Assembly (NCBI GenBank): GCA_964016885.1
Contig: OZ024741.1
Coordinates: 404,302,001-404,366,000 of the forward strand
Length of the DNA: 64,000 bases
Origin: Eledone cirrhosa
Lineage: Eukaryota
Reading direction: 5' to 3'
Made by a program: the position numbers and the translations under genes. Positions within the stretch are counted from its first letter, which is position 1; the number at the start of each line of letters is the position of its first letter. A model generated the notes under the pieces. The model did not search any database. It had not been told where the DNA came from and saw only the letters and a program-made list of their open reading frames with translations. Shown here one piece after another: positions 50,201 to 64,000 of this stretch.

Positions 50201-52784
50201 AGCTTTGACAACCCCGACTTTTGATTTGTTATTGTTTGTTTTATATCAGGGACTATATTGTTCCCTGTATATGTTATATACCGAACTGTAGGGTGTTATA
50301 TGAGTAATATACCGACTGCACTGACTATACTTGGTTGAACATCTACGTTGTGAGCATCTATTTGAATAGAAGGGGGAAAATTATCTTAAATGTGGAAATT
50401 GAGATCAACGTCCTTATTTCACTATTTCAGGTTTCTGAACAATGAAAAGCCTTTGTACATATAACAGGGCTTATAGTAGGAGGGTTCAAGACTCAGGGAG
50501 GAAAGAAGGGACCCGGGCATATCAGCTCCCTCTTTCTAAGACACCTTTCAGCCCCCATTTTATGGTGATCTGTTTACGAACTGCAAGGAGAAAGTGACAG
50601 GATGACAGGAGTGCTGTTCGCCTTACAATATTTCTTTTCAAGGCCCCGCCTAAAGGGGAGATAATAAATGTTATGCTTCAGTACACTTGTTCCGTTTTGA
50701 AAATAATTATAAAATAATAAATTATAAAATAATTTATAATTTCTAAGTTCAGGGAAGAGGGGAACGCAACACAATTTCCTCCCGGTGCTTGTATAGTAAT
50801 ATCCATAGATAAATCCTACACTGTTTAGATAAAGAATAATATATTGATCGTAGAAATCTCGGAATGTTAGACAAATAATATCAGATAAAAACATTAATGG
50901 CAAAAACAAAATAGGCCCCTTTCACCATAGATCTATCTCAACTGACCTGACCTAGGACTAAGCAACGGTAATGAAAAGTAAGTTTAAGCCGGGTTTTAAC
51001 TGGCTTGGATTTTGAAAGTAAACAATATTGAGGACTTGAGTCGGTAGTTAGTGAGAATAAACAGTTGAAAAGAGAGGAGTAACATGATTTGATCTAAGGA
51101 AGGAGAAATGTTTTATATTTTGGAAAATGTCTTTTATCGGGGTGTGGTGTTGGTAATGGCACTGATGGTTTAGAAGTAGTATGAGCAAGGAGAAGGGAGA
51201 TACAGAGAGATACAGATAGATATAGAAAAAATATGTAGTGATATGCAAGAGAGCAGGAAATATCAATTTCTAGTTGAAGACAATATATTTCTTTACAAAA
51301 ACGGTGTTTGCTTTACAACCTAAATCAACCGTCGTCGTCAATTTAGAGCGTCACCCAAACTAAGAAACTCATATGAACAAAAACAACTAGAAAATTACAA
51401 TAGAGATGAGATTTGTACTGGCATATATAGATTTTTGAGATAGCATGATCCATATTGCCATTGCTTTCAATGTTTAACAAAGATAACTGTGTATTATATA
51501 ATATATTATCTGGAACTAGTTATAGAAATAGAACTGAACATGTTCGTGTATAGAGGTGTGAAATATCTATATGTTAGAATATGAGATACATCTCCAGATA
51601 CGATGGTGTATAAATATATTGTTGTAACTGATTTTATTAAAAAGCACATGCATTTCATATAACTATTTTACCCGCATCAAACTCTTCCCTTTCGTTTATA
51701 CATCCTGAGCAATTGTACAATAGATATGTTCGTCAAAGAATGTTTTTGTTTTTTTTTGTATATTATATTGTTATGCAATTCTGATTTTTCCCTGTTTCAA
51801 TTTTTACTATTTCTTTTCATATATCCTCACTTATAATTCTGTTACATCGCATTGCATTCGTTCAAACTTTAGCTTTATAGAAAACATCTCATATATTCTA
51901 TTTCCTGGTATGTTTGTTTGATATTCAATTGGTCTCCTTAATAGGAATTATTAGGAATTTTTGACTTCGACAAATTGAATGATAAACTTATTGGAATCAA
52001 TGTTGCATCGTTAACAGGATAGAAAATAAGAATGTGCTGATCAATCTGATGTTAACTGGAATGTTCAAAGAATCCATCAAGAGATTTTTATTCTGAAGTC
52101 GATGAGCAAATCCTATCACTTCTTCCGGATTAATTCATACGTACATGATCAGACATTACATTGTAAACTTTCTACACTTCACAACATTATTGATTTTCTT
52201 TCCTCTACAATTTCCATTTGATCGCTTGAATCTCATCAAGATATGACTGAGTATCTATTTAAACAAGATGGCGTTAAACTCAGTTATCCGATCTGTTTTA
52301 AAAGCATCTTAAAAACTCTGTTGTTTCTAAAACATTTAGAGAGTCGGACGCCATGCTTTCCAGCATAGTGTTACGTCCCTTTACGGTCTGAGTTCAAATC
52401 CCGCCAAGGTTAACTTTGCCTTTCATCCTTACGAGGTTGATAAAATAAAGTACCAGTAATGTACTGGGTAATTGCTGGCCTTGTGCCAAAAGTAGAAACA
52501 ATTATATTTGATTAAAGTTATCACCATGGTTTCAAACTCAATATATTCCTATAGCTTCAATAAATATTTTTGCAAGTAAACAATGTCTTTGAAATATAGT
52601 GATAAAAAGGTAAACCTTAAAGTAGGCACAACCCATACAGAGGACAGGACCCTGCACCACACACGCCGACATACATGCCAATATTCACAGTTAATGTTTT
52701 GTTTTAAAATGAAATAATTGTTTCTGTTTTTGGTACAAGACCCCCAAAAATTGTTCGTGTGTGTGTGTGGGGCGGGGGGGGGGT

Positions 52785-53345
52785 ACATCGACCCCAGTGC
52801 GTTACTGGTATCGAATCCGTAAGATGAAAGACAAAGCTAACCTCGGCTGGATATGAACTCAGGACGTAAAGCATGGTGTCCGATGCTCTACCGATACTGC
52901 CAATTCCCCGCCCTTGTTTTAAAAATAAATAATTGTTTCTACTTTTGGCACAAGGCCAGAAATTACGCAGTACATTACTGGTACTTTATTTTATCGACCC
53001 CGTAAGGATGAAAGGCAAAGTTAACCTCGACGGAATTTGAACTCAGACCGTAAAGGGACGTAACTATGCTTGAAAGCATGGTGTCCGACCCTCTACCGAT
53101 ACTGCCAATTCACTGCCCTAATTTTATTTTAAAAATAAATAATGGTTTCTAATATAGGCACAAGGCCAGCAATTTAGGGGGAGGAGAAAGTCGATTAAAT
53201 CGACTCCAGTGCGTGACTGGTACTTTATTTTATCGAACCCGTAAGGATGAAAGGCGAAGTTAACCTTGGCGGGATTTGAACTCAGGTCATAAAAGCAAAG
53301 CATGTTGTCCGACGCTCTACCGATACTGCCAATTCCCCGACCTTG
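52785..53345 (-). mobile_element. Three head-to-tail SINE family 1 copies
   Basis: Three successive gatactgccaatt..cc ends at ~52915, 53118 and 53345. Confidence 0.85.
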
Positions 53346-54784
53346 TTTTAACAATAAATTATGATATTTGATCAAATACAAGCAGATACGAATTTACTGT
53401 TTTCATCTATTACTTCTTTAATAATTTAGACAGGGTTCAAATTGATACCTTACGCAGACGTTTGTTGTTGTTGTTTTGTTTTTAATTCTTTATTTTTTTT
53501 AAGTGTTTATGTGGCCTTGAAACACACTTAATATTCCTTTTTCAGAATATATCTAAATTATAATAAAGTAAGGAGTGCGTGACTGCGCTCAGAATATATT
53601 TTTTATCCCGTTTGTAAAATAAGTTGGATTACTTTGAATAAATAATTAATGAATAATATTCCTATACACCTTCAAAATGATCCTATTTTCTTTAAAATAT
53701 TTAAATGTAAATTTTTATTTTTTTATAATTTTTTTTTTATATTTCTAATATTTTAAAAAATATTTCTAATATTTTTACCTTATATATTTTTTAATATATA
53801 TATTTTTTTAATATATATCTTTAATTCTGACATTACTTTCCTAATGATACCCTTCTAAATATATTTGTTTAAGATATTTTTTTAGATGTAGATTGATAAT
53901 CTTTAATTGACATTCTGAAAATGTATCCTCTTCGAAAAGCACATTACGTGTTTTCCTCTCCTTTTGATATTCAAACTTTCACACATCTTTCGACTAAAAT
54001 AATTAACCTCACACAAATTAATATATAATTTTCTTTATATATTTTCTGAGTAAATCATTCATCAAATTAAACGGTTAACAAACAAGATTGGAGTTATCTT
54101 TCCCTTTTCAATCGTGCAAACATAAACATAATATATGTTAGATAAATTATATAACTTCGCTAAATTAACAATATTCTGAAAACATTTTCAATGTTGGAAC
54201 AAAATATTCGAATCTACAAATTGTTCTCCTCTCACAACTTGAACCACCTATTTTTTATGTAAAATACAAAATTAAAATCCTTCGTAAATCAAATTAGAAA
54301 TATAAACAACTAGTAATTGTAAATTATTTCTATTTCTATAATAATTATATATGCGCAATTATTAATCTATATAGATATTTATATACATATAACCTATTGT
54401 AATGTAATAAGATAAAAATACTTACAACCATAATTCTTCATATAATCTAATTGATTATATATACAATATTATAACTCATAATATAGCTAAATAAATTTAA
54501 ATTCTGGAATCATATTCCACCATACCCCTAAATTAACGTAAATACAAGCTCTTCTTCCTTTTTCTTCTTTCCTACGCATACATACACATATCCCAATTAT
54601 TTAAATTCTCCATAGCGTCTAAAATAACGTTTTTTTTTCAGCCCTATACCTCAACCTCATTTGCATACTCATCTTAATAATTTGAAATATCTGACTTTTC
54701 TTCTCTTATCCCTTAACTATCTAAGGAAAACTTGAACCGTTAAGCTATTTTTCCTGGTTATGTCAAAATTTATAAAACAAACTT

Positions 54785-54990
54785 TGTATTTTATCTAATG
54801 AAAGCGTACCAAAGTTTTGGTACCCTTGAAATATATATAATAGAATAAATATGGTTTTATAAATATAGTTTCCATTTATTTAATATCATTGAATATTATA
54901 CTTCAGAAAACTTGTCGAGTGCTCTGAATCAGTTATATACATTTATGTTTGTTGAATTACCAACAAATTGAATATCCCTTCTGCTTATAT
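54785..54990 (+). mobile_element. pLTR family B copy with decayed HHR
   Basis: Homologous to 2175-2390. TATTTTAT|CTaATGA|AAG-c-GTACCAA-agtt-TTGGTAC-c-CTT|GAA|ATATATAT|A^|ATAGAATA. Confidence 0.65.
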
Positions 54991-55271
54991 ATATATATAA
55001 ATATGAAAACATGGCGTGCTGCGTGGTTGCAAATGGGTTACATATGAATAAATTTAGTCCTTCATCAGTGATCTTCCAGCCTTCATTGGTATTTCATCGC
55101 TTTAAAGACCATATACCTCTGGCTGGTGCGAGCAACGGCTAAAGAAAGTCGTTCGGACACGTAAATAGAGGAACGAGCGAGACAGTAAACAAACAAAGAT
55201 GGTAATGCTACGAAAAGTGAGGAAGAAGGAGTCAAGCCCCTGAAATCGATGAACATAAGTATATATACACA

Positions 55272-55303
<32 letters not shown>

Positions 55304-57199
55304 TACATACACACATATATATATATATATGCATGCGAGAGTATATGTGTATATGTTTATGTTCTTACAGATATACCTGGATAATTTTACACCATCAGCT
55401 TCATACTTATTCATCTATCGTATATACACCTGTGTTACATATTTACCTACTGTGTACACACCTCTATAGTTGTGTTACTTATTTACCGACTGTGTACACA
55501 CTTTTATAGCTGTGTTGAGTGTGTGTGTGACAGCTCACACCTATGCAGGTTTAGCTGGCCTCCTCCAAGGTATATCTCGTTGGAGGTGCCTTGGGTAATT
55601 TAATGATAGGGACGCCAGTCCTATCATTTCATTTCTACAGCTGAGTAAACTGGAGCAACGTGAAATAAAGTGTCTTGCTCAAGGAAACAACACATCACCC
55701 GCTCCGATAATTGAACTCACAACCTGTTAATTGCAAGCCCAATGCTCTAACCACCAAGCCATGCGCCTTCACATTGTGTTACCCATATATCTCTGTATAT
55801 TCTCGGCATCAGAGAGATCCTTGTATTGTGTTGGACATAGAAAGAAATACCAGACGAGACTCCATTGAAATCTGTGACAAACAACTTCTTTATGGCAACA
55901 ATTTATTGCCATTATATTTATCGTTATGGTGTAGCGAGGTTGACTGACGTCATCAGCACCACCACTAACATTACCACCACTAACACTACCACCACCACTA
56001 CCATCACCACCACCACTGCCACCACTACCACCAACACTACCACCACTAACACCATCAACAAACCACCACTAACACCACCACCAACACTACCACTACCACC
56101 ACCACTACTACTACCACCAACACCACCACCACCACCAACACTACCACCACCAATACCACTACCTCCACCACCACCACTACCACCACCACTACCACTACCA
56201 CTACCACCAACACCACCACTACCACAAACACTACCACTACCACCACTACTACCACCAACACTACCACTATCACCACCACTACCACTACCACTACCACTAC
56301 CATCACCACTACCAATACCAATACCACTACCACCACCACCATCATCATCATCATGATGATCATCGTCGTCATCATCATCATTATCATCACCACCATCATC
56401 ACCATCATTATCACCATCATCATCATCATCATCATCGTCATCATCATCACCACCATCATCATCATTATCATCATCATTATTATTATCGTCATCATTATAT
56501 TCAATAACCAGCCATAATTAACTGCACTCTATGACCCCCTATTACTGTCCTTCTCGCCATTGTGATGAGACAGATTGGTAGAATCGTTAGAGCACTCATT
56601 ACCCTGGCACTGAATTATTTGTTTTGCAAGGTTTTAGGTATGTAATCATGTTTACAAATACAGAATGTAAACACATAAACACACTCACTGACTGGAACAC
56701 ACGAACACACACCAAATAAAATACCAGCGCATACAAAGATGTCACAGAAATGTGTGACGAAAGAACTTTGATAAATTATATTTATATTTTTAACTGTTGG
56801 TCAATTATTGATAAACCTTGATTGCCAGCTAAATTATTTATAAATATATATATATCGATCGACTTTCGTCAAATCGGACCGAGGAAACGATGTTTCCATT
56901 GGTCTTTTCAATTGCTAGTAATATCTATCGGTCGCAACTCCAGGTAGAAGGAACAACGTGAAATAAAGTGTCTTGCTCAAGGACATAACGCATCACCCGG
57001 TCCGGGAATTGAAATCACAACCTCACGATTGCGAATCCAATTCTCTAACCACTCAGTCACACGCCTTCATATAAATATACTCAAGTGAAAACCAAACCAA
57101 ACCAAACAGTGAATGGCTTTTACTATTTTTTTACAATGTTAGGACAACCTGACCCTCCCCAAATATAACAACTTAATAGAATGTTCTGCCATATTTAGT

Positions 57200-57445
57200 T
57201 TCGCCATTTTACGTTGTGTTCAACCATAGGAGCAGCTCTGATGAACGTTGTCTTTTGGTCCCAAATCCCTTCATATCATCTCAACTCGAAACTCACACCA
57301 TCCTCACCCCGATGCTATTGTGGTTTCACGAACAAGGGAGTCTTACTACTGTCCTAGCGTTTCTCCCTCAAACTACCAAACTTTGGAACTCTCTTCCATC
57401 TCATGATTTTGCTCTTTTTCAAATGACCTGAACTCTTTCAAGTCT
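57200..57445 (+). mobile_element. CR1/Jockey-like LINE 3' remnant
   Basis: FLPQTTKLWNSLPSH, then DLNSFKS in another frame. Confidence 0.45.
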
Positions 57446-57451
57446 ACACTT

Positions 57452-58200
57452 GTTCTTCTTCTTCTTCTTCTTCTTCTTCTTCTTCTTCTTCTTCTTCTTC
57501 TTGTCCTTCTTCTTCTTCTTCTTCTTCTTCTTCTATTTGAGATGGTTGTGGCGGCGGAGTCCTCAAACAGTCGTTCCAGAATATCTTATTAGAAGCAACC
57601 GTCTCTAATTGATCCGGCTGGATCCCCAAGCCAGTCTAACCGAGCTCATGGATGTTATCCAACCATCTTGATTGGGATTTACCTCTGTTTCTCCTGCTTG
57701 TTTTGCCTGTAAAAAATCTGTCTATCTGGCAATTCTTTCCTGAGTCATTTTAACCACATCTCCGTACTATCGGAGCTGTGATCTCTCAATTCGGTGAAAT
57801 AGCAGCTCTCCCTGGAGCGACTCTCTGATCTCCAAGTTACAAATCTGTCCAATAATTCTTTCCTGAGACATTCTGACCACATATCCGTAATATAGGAGCT
57901 GTGATCTCTCAATTTGGAGAAGTAGTAGGTCTACCTGGAGTGACTCCAGTGATTCTTTCCTGAGACATTCTGACCACATGTCTGTAATATAGGAGCTGTG
58001 ATCTCTCAATTTGGAGAAGTAGTAGGTCTACCAGGAGTGACTCCAGTGATTCTTTCCTGAGACATTCTGACCACATGTCCGTAATATAGGAGCTGTGATC
58101 TCTCAATTTGGAGAAGTAGTGGCTCTACTTGGAATGACTCCAGTGATTCCTTCCTGAGACATTCTGACCACATGTACGTCACATTGGTGCTGTGATCTCC
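57452..58200 (-). mobile_element. RTE-like 3' end with (GAA)n tail and internal 97-bp tandem amplification
   Basis: Units recur at 57893, 57990 and 58087; peptide ESLQVDLLLLQIERSQLLYYGHVVRMSQERI. Confidence 0.7.
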
Positions 58201-59581
58201 CAATCCCTTTCGTCATAATTTCACCTTCTTCATAGTCCCTTACATTAAGTGGATTCACACATTGTTTGGAACTTTCCAATAAAACTGAAACTGTCTGCTT
58301 CCGAACTCCACTTTCTTTTTCATCCTTCCGTACTTGACAACCCCCCCCCCAAAAAAAAACTACCAATCAAATACTGGGATCGATATCGTCTCTACCTCTT
58401 CCTCGACTTACCAGGTAGAAATGTCTGATCTTGTGCCAGACACTGGCACACGTTAGAAATCAATATTATTGTGGTTACAAGACCTTTTATGGCATTCAAA
58501 CCACATGGCCATCATTGTCGTTATAATTATCGTCATCATTGTTATTGTAGGTAATGTTCTAATATTCTCGTTTAACCTCAACATCACTGCAGCCACCACA
58601 TTATACCTCCTCCTGATCCTCGTCGTAGTCATCATCATCATCATCATCATCGTCATCAGTAATCATGATCGTCATCATCATTATCATCGTCATCATCATC
58701 ACCATCATCATAATCACCATCACCATCATAACCACCACCATCATCATCATCACCATCACCATCATCGCCATCATCATAATCAGTATCATCACCATCACAA
58801 CGATCATCATCATCATTATCATCATCACCATCACCACCATCATTATAATCACCACCATCACCATCATCATCATCACCATCATCATCATAACTACCATCAC
58901 CATCACCACCATCATCGTCATTACCACCACCATCATCATGACAATCATCATCATCATCACCATCATCCTCATAACGACGACGACGACGACCACCACCACC
59001 ACCATCATCATCCTCATCATCGCCATCATTGTTTTCATCGCTGTCGCCATCATCATCATTATCATGTACACCTCCATTACCATCATCACCATTACCATCA
59101 TCGCCATCATAATTATCACCGGCATATTCTATTGTGAAGGCGGGTGGCTGAGTGGTTGGAGAATTGGATTCACAAGCTTGAGGTTGTGAGTTCGATTCCT
59201 GGACCGGGTGATGCGTTATGTCCTTGAGCAAGACACTTTATTTCACGTTGTTCCTTTTACCTGGAGTTGCGACCGATAGATATTACTAGCAATTGGAGAC
59301 ATTGTTTCCTCGGTCCGATTTGACGAAAGTCAATCGATTCTCTATATTCTATTGTAATAAGTACTATAGTGGTGTCAGAACATCTAGATACCACCCAGTA
59401 TTTAGTCCTACCACACCTTTACACACAGATATAAGACCAGGTATGGTTATTATTTTACTTCCATCAAGGTGAACGTAGTTCACATCTCCTGGGATACCAT
59501 CCCTTATCCGTTGATTAGTTCAGTTGACGAAATCCCTCCCAAAACCTTTGAATCCTTTTCTTAGTATATGAAATCATTATT

Positions 59582-60200
59582 ATTGGCAGTATCAGTAGAG
59601 GGTCGGACGCCATGCTTTCCAGCATAGTTACGTCCCTTTACGATCTGAGTTCAAATCCCGCCGAGGTTGTCTTTGTCTTTCATCCTTACGAGGTCGATAA
59701 AATAAAGTACCAGTAATATACTGGGATAATTGCTGGCCTTGTGCTAAAAGTAGAAACATTTATTTTTTTATAAGAGTTGTAGATTGACAGTATCGGTAGA
59801 GGGTCGGACGCCATGCTTTGGCGTATAGAGTTATGGCCCTTGCCATTCTGAGTTCAAATCCCACTGAGGTTAACTTTACCTTTCATCTTTACGGGGTCGA
59901 TAAAATAAAGTACCAGTAATGCACTGGGATAATGGCTGACCTTGTGCCAGAGGTAGAGACAATTATTATTGTGTTTTATACTGTTTGCCAGATTTTTATG
60001 TAAATCCCCGACTGTAACCGTTTATTGTATTTCCCGTACATGTCGGCCCTTGTGGCCAATAAACTAAACAATTGTTAAAATCATTATAACCAGTTAACAG
60101 GAAAGCGGTGGATTGGCTGTATCGGTTGAGCGCCGAGGTTAGCTTTGCCTTTTATAAAATAAAATACCAGTAACGCACTGGAGTTGACTTAATGGATTCG
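59582..60200 (+). mobile_element. Cluster of co-oriented SINE family 1 copies (also 62220-62830)
   Basis: Repeated ttggcagtatcggtagag starts and gtaccagtaatgcactggg bodies. Confidence 0.85.
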
Positions 60201-60210
60201 CCTCACCCCA

Positions 60211-61057
60211 TCTATATATTAATTTTAACAATGTCAGTATTCCGTATGTCATATTTCTCGATTGTCATTGGTTCATAGGTTTCAACCGAGCCCGCCCACC
60301 TCAACGACGCCAAACTTAAATTAATATGCATAATGCCAATGAGGGAGTGAGAGGGGAGAGTAAGAAACAGAGAGGCAAGTGAACGCTTTAACTATTACCA
60401 TGTGTGCGTGTGTATGTACGTGCGCGTATGTTTATGTGTGTGCGTGCAGCGTTCCAGAGAAAGTAAAAGCAATTCGACTTTATCAAACAGTGAACTACAG
60501 CGGCGACGGCGTGCAACCAGGAATGAAGAAAAACGGGCCGAACAGCGCCATCGGAACGCCGAAATTCAGAGGCGAAGACGTACCGCCATGAATGAAGGGG
60601 AGCTGGCTGAATAATGCCAACGAAACACGGGAGCCAAGCAGCGATGGCGTGCTGCGATGTTTGAAGACGAACTGGCTGAGCATCATCTTTTATATTAATT
60701 ATCTATATCTACATGTAATATAAAAGATTGGAACTTCCATCATCCTTTTGAGAAACGTGGAACAACCACGTCTATGCAATGATACACGTTTTACAGTCAG
60801 GCAGAAGATGAACTATCTCCTAGAGGTCACTATTCTAGGTGGGAGCACCTAGAATTGTTCATATACTATGCACAAACGGTACAACGAAGAATCTGGTATA
60901 TCTGGAAGATTTTTTACTGTTTTTTTTTTTGTATCACACGGACACCACGGACTCGCCTCATACTGTAACCAGGCAAACATCCAATACAGTCATTTTCTCT
61001 TGTACCTGTCTTCTCTTATCATATGTTTACCCGGGCGAAGCTGGATACGTCAGCTAG
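60211..61057 (+). mobile_element. Non-autonomous Helitron copy 1
   Basis: A|TCTATA start at 60211; ccgggcgaagctggatacgtcagCTAG end. Confidence 0.85.
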
Positions 61058-62198
61058 TCTATAATTTCAACATTGTCAGTATTCCGTGTGTCATAATTCT
61101 CGATTATCATTGGTTCATAGATTTAAAACGACTCCGCCCACCTCAACGACACCAAACTTAAATTAATATGCATAATGCCAATGAGGGAGTGAGAGGGGAG
61201 AGTAAGAAACGGAGAGGCAAAGTGAACGCTGTGTTGGATACAATGTGTATATGTGTCAGTGTAGAGACATGTATGTGTGTGATGTGTGTGGAAGTAAGAG
61301 GGGAAGGAAAGCAAGAACTATTAACATGTGTGCGTGTGTATGTACGTGCGCGTATGTTTATGTGTGTGTGTGCGTGCGTGCAGCGTTCCACAGAAAGTAA
61401 AAACTATCAACATGTGTAAGTGCACGAGTGCGTGTGTAAATTTGCGTGCGTCGCTTCTGATTGCGGTGGTAATAAAACCTCATCATAGGCTGAGTCTGGC
61501 AAAAAGGTTGGATTCTATGGCCGGCCAGGGTTAGAGTAATATTATAAAACAATTCTATTTTTGAAGTAGAAGGTTCCGCCATTTGGAGTTCAAACCAGGC
61601 CACCTCCCCGAGTTGAACTCTGGGCAACATTGACTGTCTATTACTCAGTGGCTAAGAGCCTGGAAATTACTCAATAAATTTTTGTGTCATATAATTTGTT
61701 GTTTTATTATTATAGCTGACCACTTATAGATAAGCATGTTATCCATATCCATATTAATTTGGCGTTTGTATAAACCATTTCAAGTAAATAGGGACCTTTT
61801 TTACATTGACGGACATCTTTTATATTAATTATCTATATCTATATCTATATCTACATATAATATAAAAGATTGGAACTTCCATCATCCTTTTGAGAAACGT
61901 GGAACAACCACGTCTATGCAATAACACACGTTTTACAGTCAGGCAGAAGTTGAACCCTCTCCTAGAGGTCATTATTCTAGGTGGGAGCACCTAGAATTGT
62001 TCATATATACTATGCACAAACGGTACAACGAAGAATCTGGTATATCTGGAAGATTTTTTTTACTGTTTTTTGTATCACACAGACACCACGGACTCGCCTC
62101 ATACTGTAACCAGATAAACATCCAATACAGTCATTTTCTCTTTTACCTGTCTTCTCTTATCATCTGTTTACCCGGGCGAAGCTGGGTACGTCAGCTAG
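61058..62198 (+). mobile_element. Non-autonomous Helitron copy 2
   Basis: TCTATA start at 61058; cccgggcgaagctgggtacgtcagCTAG|T end; terminal regions homologous to copy 1. Confidence 0.85.
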
Positions 62199-64000
62199 TT
62201 ATTATTAATTACCAAGAGGACGGTGGATTGGCGGTATCGGTAGAGCGCTGGACGACATGTTTTGTGGCATACAGTTACGTCTCTTTACGATGTGAGTTCA
62301 AATACCGCCGAAGCTAACTCTGCCTTTCATCCGGACTTGATTGATAAAATAACGCACAGAGGTCAATTTAATCGATATTTCCATTCCTCCAAAGTTGATA
62401 TTGTGCCTAAATCAGAAGATATTATTATTTACTATCAGGGCGGTGAATTGGCAGTATCGGTAGAGGGCTGGACGCCATGCTTTCTAGCATAGTTACGTCC
62501 CTTTACGGTCTGAGTTCAAATCCCGCCAAGGTTAACTTTGCCTTTCATCCGTACGGGGTCGATAAAATAAAGTACCAGTAATACACTGGGTAATTGCTGG
62601 CCTTGTGCCTAAAGTAGAAACAATTATTTACTATGAGGGGTGTGATTTGGCAGTATCGGTAGAGCGTCAGACAAAGTTTTATTGCAGAGTTACGTCTTTC
62701 AGCTCGAATCCCGCCGAGGTTAGCTTTGCCTTTTATTCTTACAGGGCCGATAAAATAAAATAACAGTAATGCACTGGGGTTCATTTAATCATCTTGCTCA
62801 TTCCCCCCAATTGTTGGTCTTGTGCTTAACTCTTATTATAATTCCTGGATTTTGTACCGTGTAGTTTAATCACTCGGTAGGTTTAGTTTAGAATTATCGA
62901 ATATTTGACAGTTACATCGTATAAGTGTTACTTATTTCACGATGAAACTGACATTGGGTGACGGGGAGGGTCAGTTTATCTTTTTAACAAACTAAGAATG
63001 AAACATTGTCTTGCCTAAAAACAAAATTTAAAAATGTACCCCCCCCCCCGAAAGAAAATTGAATCAATACCACTGCTTATCATGATAGAAGATGAGAGTG
63101 GGTCGATAAGTGAGGCTAGGAGTCTGAGAATCGGCTCAAATAGCATCGCTACCACTATCATCATCAACGCTAGCACCTGCACTATCAGTAGAGCTAACAC
63201 CGACATCACTATCCCTATCTCATCACCATCAATACTTCACCAACACCAACATCTCCACCAGCACCAGCACCACCAGCACCACCGCCAGCACCAGCACCAC
63301 CACCACCACCACCACCAACACCACTACCATCACTATCACTATCATCACTACCACCACCATCAGACGAACGACAACAACCCAAGACAAGTCTTATGCACAA
63401 GAAGAAGAAGAAGAAGAAGAAGAAGAAGAAGAAGAAGAAGAAGAAGACACTTATGATTCGTTGCCTTTGTGGCCATTGCTGTTTTTAAGGACGCAACTTC
63501 TGAAATATGGTAACTACGGTTACTAACTTGCTTTACTTTTATGTCCTAATTTTGTACCCTTTAATAACACACCAACGTCACCATAACCCATGTAGGATCT
63601 ATCATTCCTAAAGACTGGATCATTACCTTGATTAATGTAACATGTAGGATCTATTATTGGTTTCTTATATAGGGACAATGCCAGCAATTTTTTTTTTTGG
63701 GGGGGGGGATTCGATTAAATCGACCCCAGTGCGTGACTGGTATTTTATTTTATCGACCACGTAAGGATGAAAGGCAAAGTTAACTTTGGTCGGATTTGAA
63801 ATCAGATCACAAAGGGCCGTAACTCTTTGCTGCAAAGCATGGCGTCCGATCCTCTTCCGATATTGCCAATCCACCACCCTTGTCGGATCTATTATTACTA
63901 CCATAGTACGGTAGATTGGCAGTATCGGTAGAGGGTTGGACGCCATGCTTTGCAGCAAAGAGTTACGGCCCTTTATGATCTGAGTTCTAATCCCGCCGAG

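Overview
AT-rich, microsatellite-dense eukaryotic (animal) genomic DNA made almost entirely of transposon debris. The two tRNA-derived SINE families resemble those I recall from octopod cephalopods, but that taxon call is inference. No host protein-coding gene can be supported. Main contents: (1) a 5'-truncated Penelope-like element (RT + GIY-YIG) with a hammerhead ribozyme (HHR) in its pseudo-LTR; (2) at least five further families of short non-coding, often fold-back elements that carry HHR motifs and abut (TA)n; (3) a near-complete but pseudogenised autonomous Helitron (~14949-20630) and a head-to-tail pair of non-autonomous Helitrons (60211-62198); (4) a 12.6-kb stack of six co-oriented Tx1-clade LINE copies, each bounded on both sides by (TATC)n, which suggests microsatellite-specific targeting; (5) RTE, R4/Dong-like and CR1-like LINE remnants, many SINEs, a hAT MITE with an 8-bp TSD, and mini/microsatellites. 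Coordinates of degenerate elements are approximate, and all alignments and folds were done by eye.
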